Of a DNA stretch of 64,000 nucleotides, positions 42,973-57,124 are shown one piece after another. Positions within the stretch are counted from its first letter, which is position 1. The number at the start of each line of letters is the position of its first letter. The position numbers and the translations under genes are program-made. The notes under the pieces were generated by a model that saw only the letters and a list, made by a program, of their open reading frames with translations, searched no databases and was not told the DNA's origin. Source of the DNA: Ministeria vibrans ATCC 50519 (taxonomy: Eukaryota > Protista > Filasterea); contig CALSCP010000012.1 of assembly GCA_943704425.1 (NCBI GenBank), forward strand, positions 1-64,000, written 5' to 3'.

Positions 42973-44277
42973 ATGCCTTCGTCGTGCCACACGATTGGCT
43001 TCCTGGTGCTGATGCTGGCAATCTCAGCGGTCTCCTCGACCCCCGGCTCGCCACAAATCGGTCGGCTTGACAACGCCGGAGTGTACATCAACGGCTCCCG
43101 CGTGCTGGTCAATGGGATCGACATTGTAGCCACACTGAATGCACTCCAGGTTGAAAACAACTACTTGGCAAGTCGATTGGCGCAGGCTGAAAGTGCGCTT
43201 TTGGCGGTCGACTCAAACAACAACAACGACAACAACAGGAACATTTATCTTCCTCGTCGTATTGACTATCTCGGCTCTCCGACTGAATACTCGACCCTCA
43301 CCTGTGCTGTGCCCTTTACGTCGAGTGGGGACATCCGACTGTCGCCCCACAATACTCATCGAGGGAACCACGCTTGGACTCTCCGCTATTTGATGGACTT
43401 CCGCAATGCAACTTTTCATCTTGTGTTGCGCTTCAACACAACCATCAGCGGGCACAGCGGACGATGGATTCAACTGGGCTGCTCGTCGGGTCCGTTCATT
43501 ATGAAGGTCGATGGCGTCCACAGTGGCGCTTCACCGTACTACTGGGGTACCATCACCGTGAGCGCCGACGGTCTCGAGTCCTCTGCCGATTGGTGCACCG
43601 GCAACTACTGCGAAGCAGGCGGCGTCCCTACCTCGTATTCTCGACAATCAACACACACAGCCTTCCAGCAGTCGTGTGTGAGTCAAGGCACGATTGTGTT
43701 CAAAATGGTGGACCAGTACGCAACCAACAATGGTTACGACATTCAAAGTATCGACTTGAACATCACGTCGGTTCAGCCACCTCTGAGCGCCCTCACACGC
43801 CAACTCGCCATCTACAACACTCCTGACGCGCTTTTGTCGCAACTGAACTTTGCAACGTCTCTCCCGAACACAACCTCGCTCTACTCCACGACGACCATCA
43901 GCGTGTTGAGCACGACGTACAATGTCCTTCGGTTTGCCTTCACACCCACTTCCACCGACACCACCGCCTCCGCGTCCTTTCCCATTCCCTCCGGCTCTCG
44001 TGCCGTTCGCATCACCGCTAACTACGACCATGGCAGCAACTATAACCGTGTCAGAGTCTTTCAATCCGCTCGTGGTGCAGCAGTCGACTCAGGTGGCCGT
44101 CTTGTCGACCTCAACGCCGACGCCTCCTCCTGCATGCCCTCTGTCGTCTTCCCGCTTTTTTCCGATATTTCTCTCGACACGCTCGTCTTCCAGTACCGCC
44201 ACGAGTTCATCCACTGTAGCTCCAACTGCAATTTCAACCTCAACCTCGTCTCTCTTGAGTTTCTCGGCGAGTCGTAG
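42973..44277 (+). CDS. Intronless secreted protein of unknown function (N-terminal beta motif + coiled coil + two beta-rich domains)
   Basis: Clean 434-aa ORF with signal peptide (IGFLVLMLAISAVSS), heptad segment IVATLNALQVENNYLASRLAQAESAL and several N-glycosylation sequons. Confidence 0.8.
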   Translation: MPSSCHTIGFLVLMLAISAVSSTPGSPQIGRLDNAGVYINGSRVLVNGIDIVATLNALQVENNYLASRLAQAESALLAVDSNNNNDNNRNIYLPRRIDYLGSPTEYSTLTCAVPFTSSGDIRLSPHNTHRGNHAWTLRYLMDFRNATFHLVLRFNTTISGHSGRWIQLGCSSGPFIMKVDGVHSGASPYYWGTITVSADGLESSADWCTGNYCEAGGVPTSYSRQSTHTAFQQSCVSQGTIVFKMVDQYATNNGYDIQSIDLNITSVQPPLSALTRQLAIYNTPDALLSQLNFATSLPNTTSLYSTTTISVLSTTYNVLRFAFTPTSTDTTASASFPIPSGSRAVRITANYDHGSNYNRVRVFQSARGAAVDSGGRLVDLNADASSCMPSVVFPLFSDISLDTLVFQYRHEFIHCSSNCNFNLNLVSLEFLGES

Positions 44278-44565
44278 TAAACACTTCTATTGTATTCATT
44301 TACAGTTTTTGACTGTACGGTTGATGCTGGTGATCTACTGACCTTGTGTTTTTGTAATTTGTGCTGGCGTCGCTGTGTTCATATTTATTGTGGCCAAGTG
44401 TGAGTGCCTGAGTGGAACGGTAACGACAAATATTTCAACGAAGCAACTCAAGTTTGAAGTTATCATAATTCATAATTCCTATCAACTACTTTTTCTATCA
44501 TTCAACCTACTTGTGTGATTGCCACTGCAACTTAAAATAGCCAACGCACCTGTTTGGAAAACACA

Positions 44566-47259
<2,694 letters not shown>

Positions 47260-47334
47260 GCACTTAATATAATACACTTTGTGACGAGAGGAAAAAAAAA
47301 AAAATGTTTACAGGGTTCATTCGATGGATATGGG

Positions 47335-47898
47335 CTACTTGCGGTGCGTGCCGTCGCAAAAGGGGCGGTTCGCAGACCTGTAGGAAGTGAGCGTGAGAGA
47401 GAGACGAGAAAACGAAAAAGGAAAAAAGAATGGATCGTACTTTCCACACTGGCAAATGAAGTGAGTCTTGGCCTCGTCGTCACCGCCGACCTTGGACGGC
47501 TTGAAGTCGGTGCCGTTGGCGGCGTTGTAGTCGCGATGCGAGCCGTCGCACCAAGGGAAGGTCTTGGACTGGCCACACATGCACGCCCTGCAGGAGACGG
47601 CGAAGGAGCGCACGCGGGTCAGTCGGCCTGTCGCACGCTGCCACCCCACCCCACCCCCCGTACAAGGGCCCACGGGTACGGCGGGGCGGGGCGTTGTCGT
47701 CCTGGCAGGTTGACGCGAGTTCAGCGCTTACCATTTGGCCTCGCCAGCAGCGAGCTCGACCTTTGAGGGCTTTTGCTCGGGAGGATTCACAGCAGCAGGG
47801 TACGACGACATGGAGGAGGTGGTGGGAGAAGAGAGTACGCGAGTGATCAGTGATGAACGGAACGATGTGCGAATAAGACAACGCAGAATCAAGACCAT
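47335..47898 (-). CDS. CISD3: Mitochondrial double-CDGSH iron-sulfur protein (CISD3/MiNT-like)
   Basis: Arg/Ser-rich transit peptide; W|ACMCGQSKTFPWCDGSH and ICQCGK|SANRPFCDGTH. Confidence 0.88.
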
Positions 47899-48072
47899 GG
47901 AGAACCGCTGCGAGCTGACTGCGTCACTGGCTTGCTGCAAACAAACTTAGACAGCGGTCAGCAAGTGATAGACGAGAGCCGTAAAGGATTAATAATTGCA
48001 TTATTTGATATTTCTTATTAAATTTTGACGTTGTTGTTTTTGTTCATTTTTTTGTTTCATTTCTCTTTCTCC

Positions 48073-49335
48073 ATGTACCTCCTTCTGCTGACACTCTCTG
48101 CACTTGTGGCGTGCCAAGCGGCCGTGGAACCACTTTGGCATGGCACTCAGCCGATTGCGCAGTACGAGGCGGCGCCACTGGCAGCGCCACAGGCGCTCTT
48201 TAGTGCCTTCCCAAAGCCTTGGGCGGTGAGTGCGGTTGACGCGCAACACCCGTCTGCGCCCCAGTGGACAGTGTCGCCCCAGTCGAACGCGTCGCTGCCT
48301 GTGAAAGTGTTCACTGCGCGACGCATTGAGAAGACAACGGCGCCTCTGCCGCGCGTACGGGTGGTCGCCGCCAGCGAATGCACAATCTACGGCCTTGACT
48401 CGACCGACGGCCATGTTGTGTGGACGCACAGCCTCGTGGCGGCCTCCGACTGCGTCAACTTTGACCTGGCCGAGTCGGACTTGGTGGTCATGTCCGACGA
48501 CGGAAGCACTGTCGACGCGGCCGTCGTTGTGGCCGATCGCGTCCAAGTGCACTCGCTGGACGCACAAACGGGCAAACCCAAACATGCAGCGCCCTTTTTC
48601 GTCGACGCGTCTCTCCGACCGATGCCACGCTCTCTCTCATGCTCGCTCGAGGGCCGTTTTTGCGCCCTGGCCGTCGACGCATCCGTGCTCGTCGTCGACA
48701 CGCTGAACATGACGCTCAAGGGCGACATCATTCCCATGGGCGCCTCGGTGCCCGCCCACATCTGCCCTATGGGCGTCTTTCTCATCTTTGGCTTTCAGTC
48801 GGCCTCGGTGCGTCGCTGGAATCCTCTGCAAAACACCTATGCCGTCGTGTTTACTGTGAGCGGCGAAAACAACTGGATTTTGACGACGGCCATGACAAGT
48901 GTCAACGGCGGAGGATCTCACCCGGACGGCTGCATTGTTGCTCTGGCCTGGCAGGCGTACAACGCACTTCAGGCGCGTGTCGACGTTTATTCGATGCTCT
49001 CGCAAAAGCACTACTGGCAGTGGCGCTCGCCGGTGAGCCAGGACAACTCGCAAGACATTGTCTCGTCGCTCGCTATGGACATGCAATACCTTGCCGTCTC
49101 GACGTGGGGCGACGAGTCAGCAGGTACACCTACACTGCACCTATTTGATGCGGTCCACAGCAACGCAACTCTCTTCGAGTACACGTCGCCCGGCTCCCTT
49201 TTTGCCGTCGACACCGTCCTCGACACCAGTGCAGATGGCGCGCCCACTGTCTGGCTCTCCGCCGGCGGCAAGCACGTTCACGCCAACCTCATGGGCGAGG
49301 GTGGTGATGCCTACCTCTTCCACGTCAATGTCTAA
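48073..49335 (+). CDS. Intronless secreted beta-propeller-like protein of unknown function
   Basis: Signal peptide MYLLLLTLSALVACQA; PQQ-like repeats IYGLDSTDGHVVW and VHSLDAQTGKP; C-terminal SPGSLFAVD..AGGKHVHANLMGEGG. Confidence 0.75.
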   Translation: MYLLLLTLSALVACQAAVEPLWHGTQPIAQYEAAPLAAPQALFSAFPKPWAVSAVDAQHPSAPQWTVSPQSNASLPVKVFTARRIEKTTAPLPRVRVVAASECTIYGLDSTDGHVVWTHSLVAASDCVNFDLAESDLVVMSDDGSTVDAAVVVADRVQVHSLDAQTGKPKHAAPFFVDASLRPMPRSLSCSLEGRFCALAVDASVLVVDTLNMTLKGDIIPMGASVPAHICPMGVFLIFGFQSASVRRWNPLQNTYAVVFTVSGENNWILTTAMTSVNGGGSHPDGCIVALAWQAYNALQARVDVYSMLSQKHYWQWRSPVSQDNSQDIVSSLAMDMQYLAVSTWGDESAGTPTLHLFDAVHSNATLFEYTSPGSLFAVDTVLDTSADGAPTVWLSAGGKHVHANLMGEGGDAYLFHVNV

Positions 49336-49348
49336 CCATACATAATAT

Positions 49349-50526
49349 TTATTGTTGTTTCTTGACATATTCTTTGTAAGGCACGTCGGTGCCACAGACC
49401 CAGTCCCAGAAGCGCAGGAAGGAACCGAACGAGCCTGTGTTGTGTGAGTGGTGAAAGTCGTGGACTGCAGCCGTGGGACGGAAAGGGAAAACGTTGAAGG
49501 GGCTGAAGGGAAAGTGGAAGCCACAGTGTCCATCAAGTGCCTCCACTACACAACGTATTAGCGAGGTTGCGTCCGTTTAGATTTCTTTTATCGGGCACCT
49601 AAGCGGAGAATAGCCCAAGTCCAGAAGGTGACGAGATGGAGTCCCGACGACGATAGATAGCCCACAAGAAGGGGTCCACCAACGAAGCCGGGCACGTTGG
49701 TCACGATAAACTCAAGCGGATGCGCATACTCGCTTGCAAAGCCCGTTGGTCTCTGCAACAGTAAAGAAAAATCGAGTACTCATGTCAAAACACAATTAAC
49801 ATAAGAATGATAAAACTAAAATAATTCAAATACTAATAAGAAAAAATATTAGAGAATCGAGAGCTGTTAAAAATAATAATAATCTAAAAATCTGAGGTGT
49901 TTCGGTTTGAAATTGTTATTGTTGTGATTTGTTGGTTACGTGAAATTCATGGTGAAGCTTATGGATGTGTCTGTACAGTCCTTTGACATGAAGAAGTCGG
50001 TGTGACCAGAAGAACACTGCGTCTTCGACCAGGATAAAGATGGCCAGTTGGACAAGAAGAGTGAGGAGCGGCGGAAGAGTTGACACGCATGTTTGGAGTC
50101 GCGCGTAATCACTGGAAGAGCATATGAACATCGTCGGCCACTTCAATCACACTGTAGTACTAAACCAGAACGTACCGAAACAACGGCCAGTTTGCGCCGA
50201 GACCAATGCCTTGGACGACAATGTGGTTGAAGGCGATGACAAGACACACTTTGAGGGGGGCCGGCGCATCACTTGGACGCGGCGGGTGCTGCTGAATGCG
50301 CCAGCGCTCGAAGCAGCCGCTCTTGCCAACGATCCACACCAACAGCGACCCGGCAAAGTAGAGGAGCTAGAGCAGCGGTGAGTGCGTGCGCGAGGGGCGA
50401 GGGAGCGGAGGGTGAACTTCATACTTCGTGAATCGCCACAGTGCCCCACGTAAAGAAATAAGAAGGGTCCGCGGGGCACTCTTCACCGCCCAACACAAAC
50501 CTCCACGCCTGCTCCACAGCCGACAT
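49349..50526 (-). CDS. Sterol desaturase / C4-methylsterol oxidase-like (fatty acid hydroxylase superfamily)
   Basis: His boxes EDAVFFWSHRLLH, IHKLHHEF, HDFHH; SEYAHPLE; GHCGFHFP; WDWVCGTD. Confidence 0.92.
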
Positions 50527-50709
50527 GATGAAAATTGAAAAATGTAAATTTTATCTTATCAAGTTTATCATCAAAGGAGGTCCAAAAACTAATAAGTGAA
50601 CTTTTTCTCTTTTTTCACTCTTGAAAGTATATTAAGTATTGGAATTCAGTCAAACATTTATTAAACCACCGTCACTCTGCCCCACGTCTTTTCACATCGT
50701 CCCTTTCCG

Positions 50710-51502
50710 ATGGAGGACGAGACTGAGCGCGAGAATGTGATCGACGATGACGGCTCATCCGCTGACGAAGCCATTTTCTGTCACAAGTGCAGTCTGGCCA
50801 TCGACGACGATGTCCTCGTCCCGGTATGCTACGCGCCACGGTCCCAGGCCCCTCTTGCCCGAAACCGCTGTCCAATGGCTCCCTCTGAAGGCCGCTCATT
50901 CTCCTTTTCCCTTTGTAGGCTCTCGACGCCTTTTATCACACCAAATGCTTTACGTACGTCGCACCGCACACTGCGTCATCTCACCCGCGTGCAACTCCTT
51001 GATTGTCGTAGGTGCGACACTTGTCAAAGTGCTCTCGAGACCGTTTTTTATGAGCGCGACGGCAAACCTTACTGCGTCACGGACTTTATGCTGCTGTGCG
51101 GACAAGTGTGCGTGGGCTGCTCGTCCTTCATCACCGGCCCCATGATGGTGGCGGGCACTTCGGCGTTTCACCCCGAGTGCTTCAGCTGTAGGCACTGTCG
51201 GCGACTCATGGGCGTCTCGGAGGAGTTCGCGTCGCGTGACGATGCCCTCTACTGCAACGACTGCTTTGAGATCATCATCAATCGTTCCTCGTCGGAGGTG
51301 TCAGCCACAGCACCACCACCACCACCACCGGCGGCGGCGGCGGCGGCAGGGCCATCCTCAAAGGATACCCTCATCAATGCACTGGCCGAGCAGCGTCTCC
51401 ATCAGCCCACCACTGTCACACAGAGCGACAGCGATCTATCTGCTTGCAGCTCCGGTACGCACAAGTGGGGAGAGTTTCATTGTAAAGGGCATCTAACACT
51501 GC

Positions 51503-51544
<42 letters not shown>

Positions 51545-51673
51545 AGCAACGTGTCTGCTTCCCGCTGCCGATACCTTTGTACGCGGGCGGTCGCAGAGCT
51601 TCCGTGACGCCTCAATGGGTGCACCCTTAGATGGAACCGAAGGACAATGTAAGACATCCAACGACGCGCTGTA

Positions 51674-51711
<38 letters not shown>

Positions 51712-53580
51712 AGAAACGCAATGATTGATCATACGACTCTCATTGTACAGGCGTTGTGCGGTCGCCTCGTGCCAGCCCGCGCCGGGCACGGCCGGTCAGT
51801 GTGCTGTCGTCCACGTCGCAGGAGCCCCGTCGTCGTCGCACCGTCTCCACCATGTCCTCTCTTGCCGAGCTGCGCCATCGTCGCAACAGCCCCACTGGGT
51901 CTACCCTCACGACTATGGAACACTTGCGCGAGTCCCCTTCCCCGCTTGCCCCTCAACCATCAAAGACCGACACGACGACCGCAACTGACTCGCTCACTGA
52001 CGCCCAAGCAGCTCTTGTCATCCCCACCACCCCCACCACCACTACCACCACCTCCATTGCATCTCCTTTGTCCCTCCTTCATCGTCGCAAGCGCTCGCTC
52101 ACCAACCCAACTGACCTCTTTTCCGACCCTTCTTCCTCGCCCTCCTCCGTCACTGCTCTCCCATCTCCTTCCTCTCGCCCTCCAATGCTCCGTCGTCTAG
52201 AACACCTCGAATGGAACGAAACAAAGGCCCGCCACAAAATGAGTGCGACAACCGAAACCCTTGTTTCTGGAGAGGTACAGAGAAAGAGAGAGAGGGGAGG
52301 GAGAAAGAAACAAAGTGATAGAGAAAGAAACAAAGTGATAGAGAGAGAAAGAAACAAAGTGATAGAGAGGAAGACAGCAAGCAAACAAAAAACGCACTTA
52401 TTGCACACACACATACACAATTTTGCTGACTAGATGGCCGAAATGAACCGTATCATTGAGTCGATTGCGCCGCATACGCCTAAAGGGACTCGGGCCGCAC
52501 AGGAGCCGCCGGCAGACGACATTGCGATCTTTGGGACGTCCTATGTTCGGCGGCCGCGACGCATGATTGGCGAAGCGTCTGTCTTTTGCATGGATGACCT
52601 GCTCATTGGCGATGTCATTGGTGAGGGCTTCTTTGGACGTGTGTTCCGCGTGACACATCGCGAGAGTGGCACTGTCATGGTGCTCAAGGAGATGAAGCAG
52701 ACGGACGAGGAGGCGCGCGCCGTCTTTCTAAAGGAGAGTACGTCCCCGCTGCGTGTTGCCTCTATATCCAATTTACTTTTATATTTCATTTTCATTAGTG
52801 AGCATTTTGAAGTCACTGCACCACCCCAACATCCTTGAGTTCCTGGGTCTGTTTGTCAAAGACCGATGTCTGCATCTGATGACGGCGTATGTGGGGGGCG
52901 GGCATATGCGCATGGTCATTGACCGCAATGCGAGTGCCGCCGGCGTGCCCCTCACCTGGCCCCTGCGCATGGCCATGGCGCATGACATTGCTCGTGGCAT
53001 TTCCTATCTGCACTTCAAACACATCATCCATCGTGACCTGACGAGCACAAACTGTCTTGTGCACGAGGACAGCCTTAGCATTGTCGTGGCGGACTTTGGG
53101 CTGGCGCGCTCCACAGTTAATGTCAAGCCTGGCGAGCGTCTTCCCATCGAAGGCTCTCCCTACTGGATGGCTCCCGAAATGCTCCGTGGCAAAATCTACG
53201 ACGAGCGCGTTGATGTGTTCAGCTACGGCATTGTGTTGTGCGAGCTCATCTCGCGCTGTGCGGCCCATCCCGACGAACTACCGCGCACCGGTGACTTTGG
53301 CCTTGATATTCCCGCCTTCCGCCAACTCGAACATGTCGCGGGTTGTCCCGAGGAGTTCCTCCAACTTGCCTTTGAATGCTGCGCCGTCGACCCTTCTGCG
53401 CGTCCCACTCCGCGCGAGATCAGCGCGCGTCTCCACCGCATGCGCTACGGCTCGTCCATCTCCTCCTCTCCGCCCACTCCCGCTCCTACTCACGCTCCCT
53501 CTTCACCCTCATCCAACCTCCGCCGTACTGTGCTTCTCTCACAATCGTCTCCTGCGCCTACCTCCTCGCTCATCAACTGA
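50710..53580 (+). CDS. LIMK: LIM-domain kinase (LISK family): LIM-LIM, low-complexity linker, kinase
   Basis: Two spliced LIM domains (CHKC..HTKCFTCDTC..YCVTD; CVGC..HPECFSCRHC..YCNDC). Kinase: IGEGFFG..VTHRESGTVMVLKE, HRDLTSTNCLV, VADFGLAR, GSPYWMAPEML, LPRTGDFGLD. Confidence 0.92.
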
Positions 53581-53729
53581 AAAAGAACGAGCCCATTCTG
53601 TATGTCCCCTTCTCGTTTTTTTATTTCTATACTGTGAAACAGCCTATGCAATTTATTTTACGATGATCATAATAATAATTATTTTATCAGCTGTAGTACG
53701 TTACAAACAAACATCCACACACAACACAA

Positions 53730-54744
53730 TCAGTTCTCCTGGACAAATAGCTGCTCCTGGGCACCAAACTGGGCATCGGCGAGGGATTGGGAGGCGTCGA
53801 GGAGGGATAGGTTACGCTTTGGGTAGTTGGCCATAAGCGAGTGGTTGGCCATGGCAACGCCCTCCTTGGCCAGGAAGCCCAGAAGTGCCTGTTGTGTATG
53901 GATATAAGTGGGTTGAGTGATGGCGATAATGACGATGGTGATATACGTATATGTATGTATGTCTGTATGTGTGTCTTTGTGGTGTGTGTCTTTGTGGTAT
54001 GCGTTTCTTTGTGGTGTCTTTGATGCGCGTTTCTTTGTGGTGTCTTTGTGGTATGCGTTTCTTTGTGGTGTCTTTGTGATGCGCGTTTCTTTGTGGTGTC
54101 TTTGTGGTATGCGTTTCTTTGTGGTGTATGTGTTTGTTGGTTGCTTACGGAGATGCGGTCGGATCGGTGGAAGCGACGCATAAGAAAGGAGCCGTTGGGC
54201 AGACGGAAGCGGATTTGAGTGACGAGCGCACTGTCGAGGGACGCGTCAGGCTCTGCAGGTACGCAATCAGCTAGCTGCGCAAGCGCCGCCTGAACGAAAG
54301 AGCGCACGCGAGCAAAAGGGAAGTGAGAAATTGATAATGACATGCGTATTTGTTCTCACTTCTTGAGCGAGTCGTTGCTCGTGGGCTACACGCTCGGCCT
54401 CCTGCGCGGCCCTTTGCTCCGTCATGCGCTGCGCTTCTTCTGCCTGCCGTGCCGCTTCTTCCTCGGCACGCACACGCTCCTCTTCGGCCCGTCGCTTCTC
54501 GTCGGCCATGCGTCTCTCAGCCTCCTTCTGCTGATCGAGCAGCAGTGACTCGCGAAAGGCTCGGTCCTGATCCTCCTGAATCATTAGCCGCTGCTTTCGC
54601 TCCTCCTCGCGCACAGCCGCCTCTTGCGCTGCTTGTTCAAGTTGCTCCTGAAGCTCCTCCATTCCCGCAGTGAGTTGGACAATCAGTTCGTCTGCTGTGT
54701 GGTATCCTATCAAAATTAATGTTATAGACAAAGAGTTAGAGAGA

Positions 54745-54778
<34 letters not shown>

Positions 54779-54818
54779 ATTATAATAATAATTATTATTA
54801 TTATTATTATTATCATTA

Positions 54819-54862
<44 letters not shown>

Positions 54863-55946
54863 TTAAGATAATAATTATTATTATGATAAAAGAGCAGAGG
54901 AAGACGGCGAGTTAGAGAAAGGCGAAAGAAGAAGCGATAGAGTTAAAGGCAAAATAACCCAACGCGATAGTGAGTGTATGTGAGAATGGGGATAAAGCCT
55001 AAAAAAAAAAAAAAAATAGAGTACCGGTGATTGCAGCTGCGACCTTAGGGAGTCCTCTGTCGCGGGTGACGAGCAGGATGGCCGGGGCACTCGAGGCAGA
55101 TGCAACAATGTGCGACGACCTACCCGTCATCTCACGCAATCGGCCGCTAGACACAACAACAACGACAACAACAACAACAGGCACACCAAGATCGCACAAT
55201 TAAAAACACACCATAGGCACACGCAGTAATGTACCGGAGAGCGGGATAGGTGACGTCCCAGGCGTACAGGATGAGGTGATCACGGCAAAAGTTGACAAAC
55301 TGCGGTGAGCAGAGGGTTTGACTGCAAAAGACATTTGTGGTAATGTTGCTGTCGCTATGCAGGTACACACAAAGGGGCTGTGAGTTGCGACTGGCCTCGA
55401 CGAGTGCCTCGTTGAAGGTGCCCGCGAAGAAGTTGGGATGAGAGTCGCCATAGCGCAGGGCAAAGTTGACGGTAAACTCGACGGTGGCCGCAGTGGGATC
55501 GCGCAGGGTGGAGGGCACTACACAGTCAAAGTGGAGGGGTGAGCATCGCGTACAGAAGAGTGCGTACAGAAGAGTGTAGTCTATTGTTGAATACGTACTG
55601 AGGGGACTTGAGCCGGAGATGTTGGGCCCCCTGCTCTGTATGGCGTCATCAGAGAGACTCAGTCGCTCGCCAAAGTCATTGTGATCGTACAATTCATCGT
55701 CATCCTCCTCACCACCACCGTCATCGGCATAATACTCAAAGTAGTCCTCATCAAACTCATCGTGTTCGTCTTCGTCGTCGTCGTCGTCTTCATCGGTGAC
55801 TTTCCGCTCGCTTGCCCGTCTCCCACTCTCCTCTCTGTCTCTCGCTATTGCTGCAAACTCACTCTGTTCCATCACAAGCACATTGTCTCGTTTGCGCTGC
55901 AGGTTTAATTCACGCAGTCGACTCTATGAGCAGAAAAAGAAGAAAA

Positions 55947-55988
<42 letters not shown>

Positions 55989-56020
55989 ATAATAATAATA
56001 ATAATAATAAGAATAATAAG

Positions 56021-56051
<31 letters not shown>

Positions 56052-56979
56052 TTTTCAATACGCGTACGAGATTGTTGGGCGTATTTCGCACGGGAAACCC
56101 ATGAAGAACTATCTCGCTCGAGGGCACCCCGGTCAGTTTCGACAGGGATCCTTTCAGATCAGCAAGCGTTCGAGCACCGGCCATGCTCAGTTGGAACTCG
56201 TGGCCGTCCCAGCGAATGCACAATGGGTAGCTGAGCATATTGAGCACTCTTGCATCGTCATCCTCCTCCTCCTCCTTTTCTTCTTCATCATCATCCTCGG
56301 ACGACGTGTCTCCGCCTGCGGCATGCCGTGGTTCACGTCGTTGCGTGGGTATGGTCACAACAATGTCGCCGCTTGTTCCAAGTTCCTTGAAGCGTCCAAA
56401 TCCCAGGTCGAGTAGTGTTTTCGAAGAGCGCCGTGCTCGCTCATCCAAATTTGGCCAGCTGAACTCGCGCGGTTCGTCGGGCCCAAGCGACAGACGAGCG
56501 CGAATAAAGCGTTCCGCCGTGGCCACGGTGCTCCGCAGCGGCATGGACACCTCAAAGGGGTCGTTTGGGTGGGCGTGGATGGTCAAAACGACCAAGTCAG
56601 CGCCGCTGTCGTCACGGCTGCGCCGAAAGCCACCAAACGCGCCCGAGCGATGCAACGCGCTGCCAATAGGTGGAAGAAAGGGTGTTGCAGAGCCAAAGAG
56701 GGACGGTGTAGGGGCGTAGCCAAAGACGGCGTTGGGCGGCAGTGGCGTTTCTTCGGGAATCATCGATCGAGGGTCGCGCGATTCAATGCCCATGAACACA
56801 CTCACAGTCTTGTCGAGATCCCCGTCGTTGGCGGCCAACAGACTTGCACAGAAGTCGGCGTCGGACACTCCAATAATCGCTTGTAACGTTGCGAGCTGTC
56901 CACATCAAAGTTCAGCCGTCTCGTCATTGCATTGTGCTCAGCCTGTGCATTTCCCTACCTTGCTCTCGTCGTCGCTCAT
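53730..56979 (-). CDS. FAF1: FAF1-like p97 adaptor (UBA, UBL-like domains, UAS, coiled coil, UBX)
   Basis: UBA: LATLQAIIG..LLAANDGDLDKTV. UAS: RYGDSHPNFFAGTF..VYLHSD..NVFCSQTLC..AWDVT. Coiled coil: QEDQDRAFRESLLLDQQK. UBX: IRFRLPNG..RRF..NYPKR..LFVQE. Confidence 0.88.
53965..54135. repeat. Intronic minisatellite (TTTGTGGTGTC / ATGCGTTTC units)
   Basis: Tandem degenerate units in the last FAF1 intron; similar units at about 21520-21610 and 46165-46200. Confidence 0.85.
54745..54885. repeat. (TA)n/(ATT)n microsatellite
   Basis: AT-only runs. Similar tracts at about 4990-5105, 19910-20055 and 55948-56050. Confidence 0.95.
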
Positions 56980-57124
56980 TGTTAAATTACGTGATTACTA
57001 TTAGAACAAGGTAACAGCCAACAGCCAACAAAAACAACGAAGAATAGAATAAAAATAAAAAATCTGTGGACTGTAATGGACGTTTCGAAAAGTCGTTTTT
57101 CATTTTTGTCTCGTTCACAAATTT

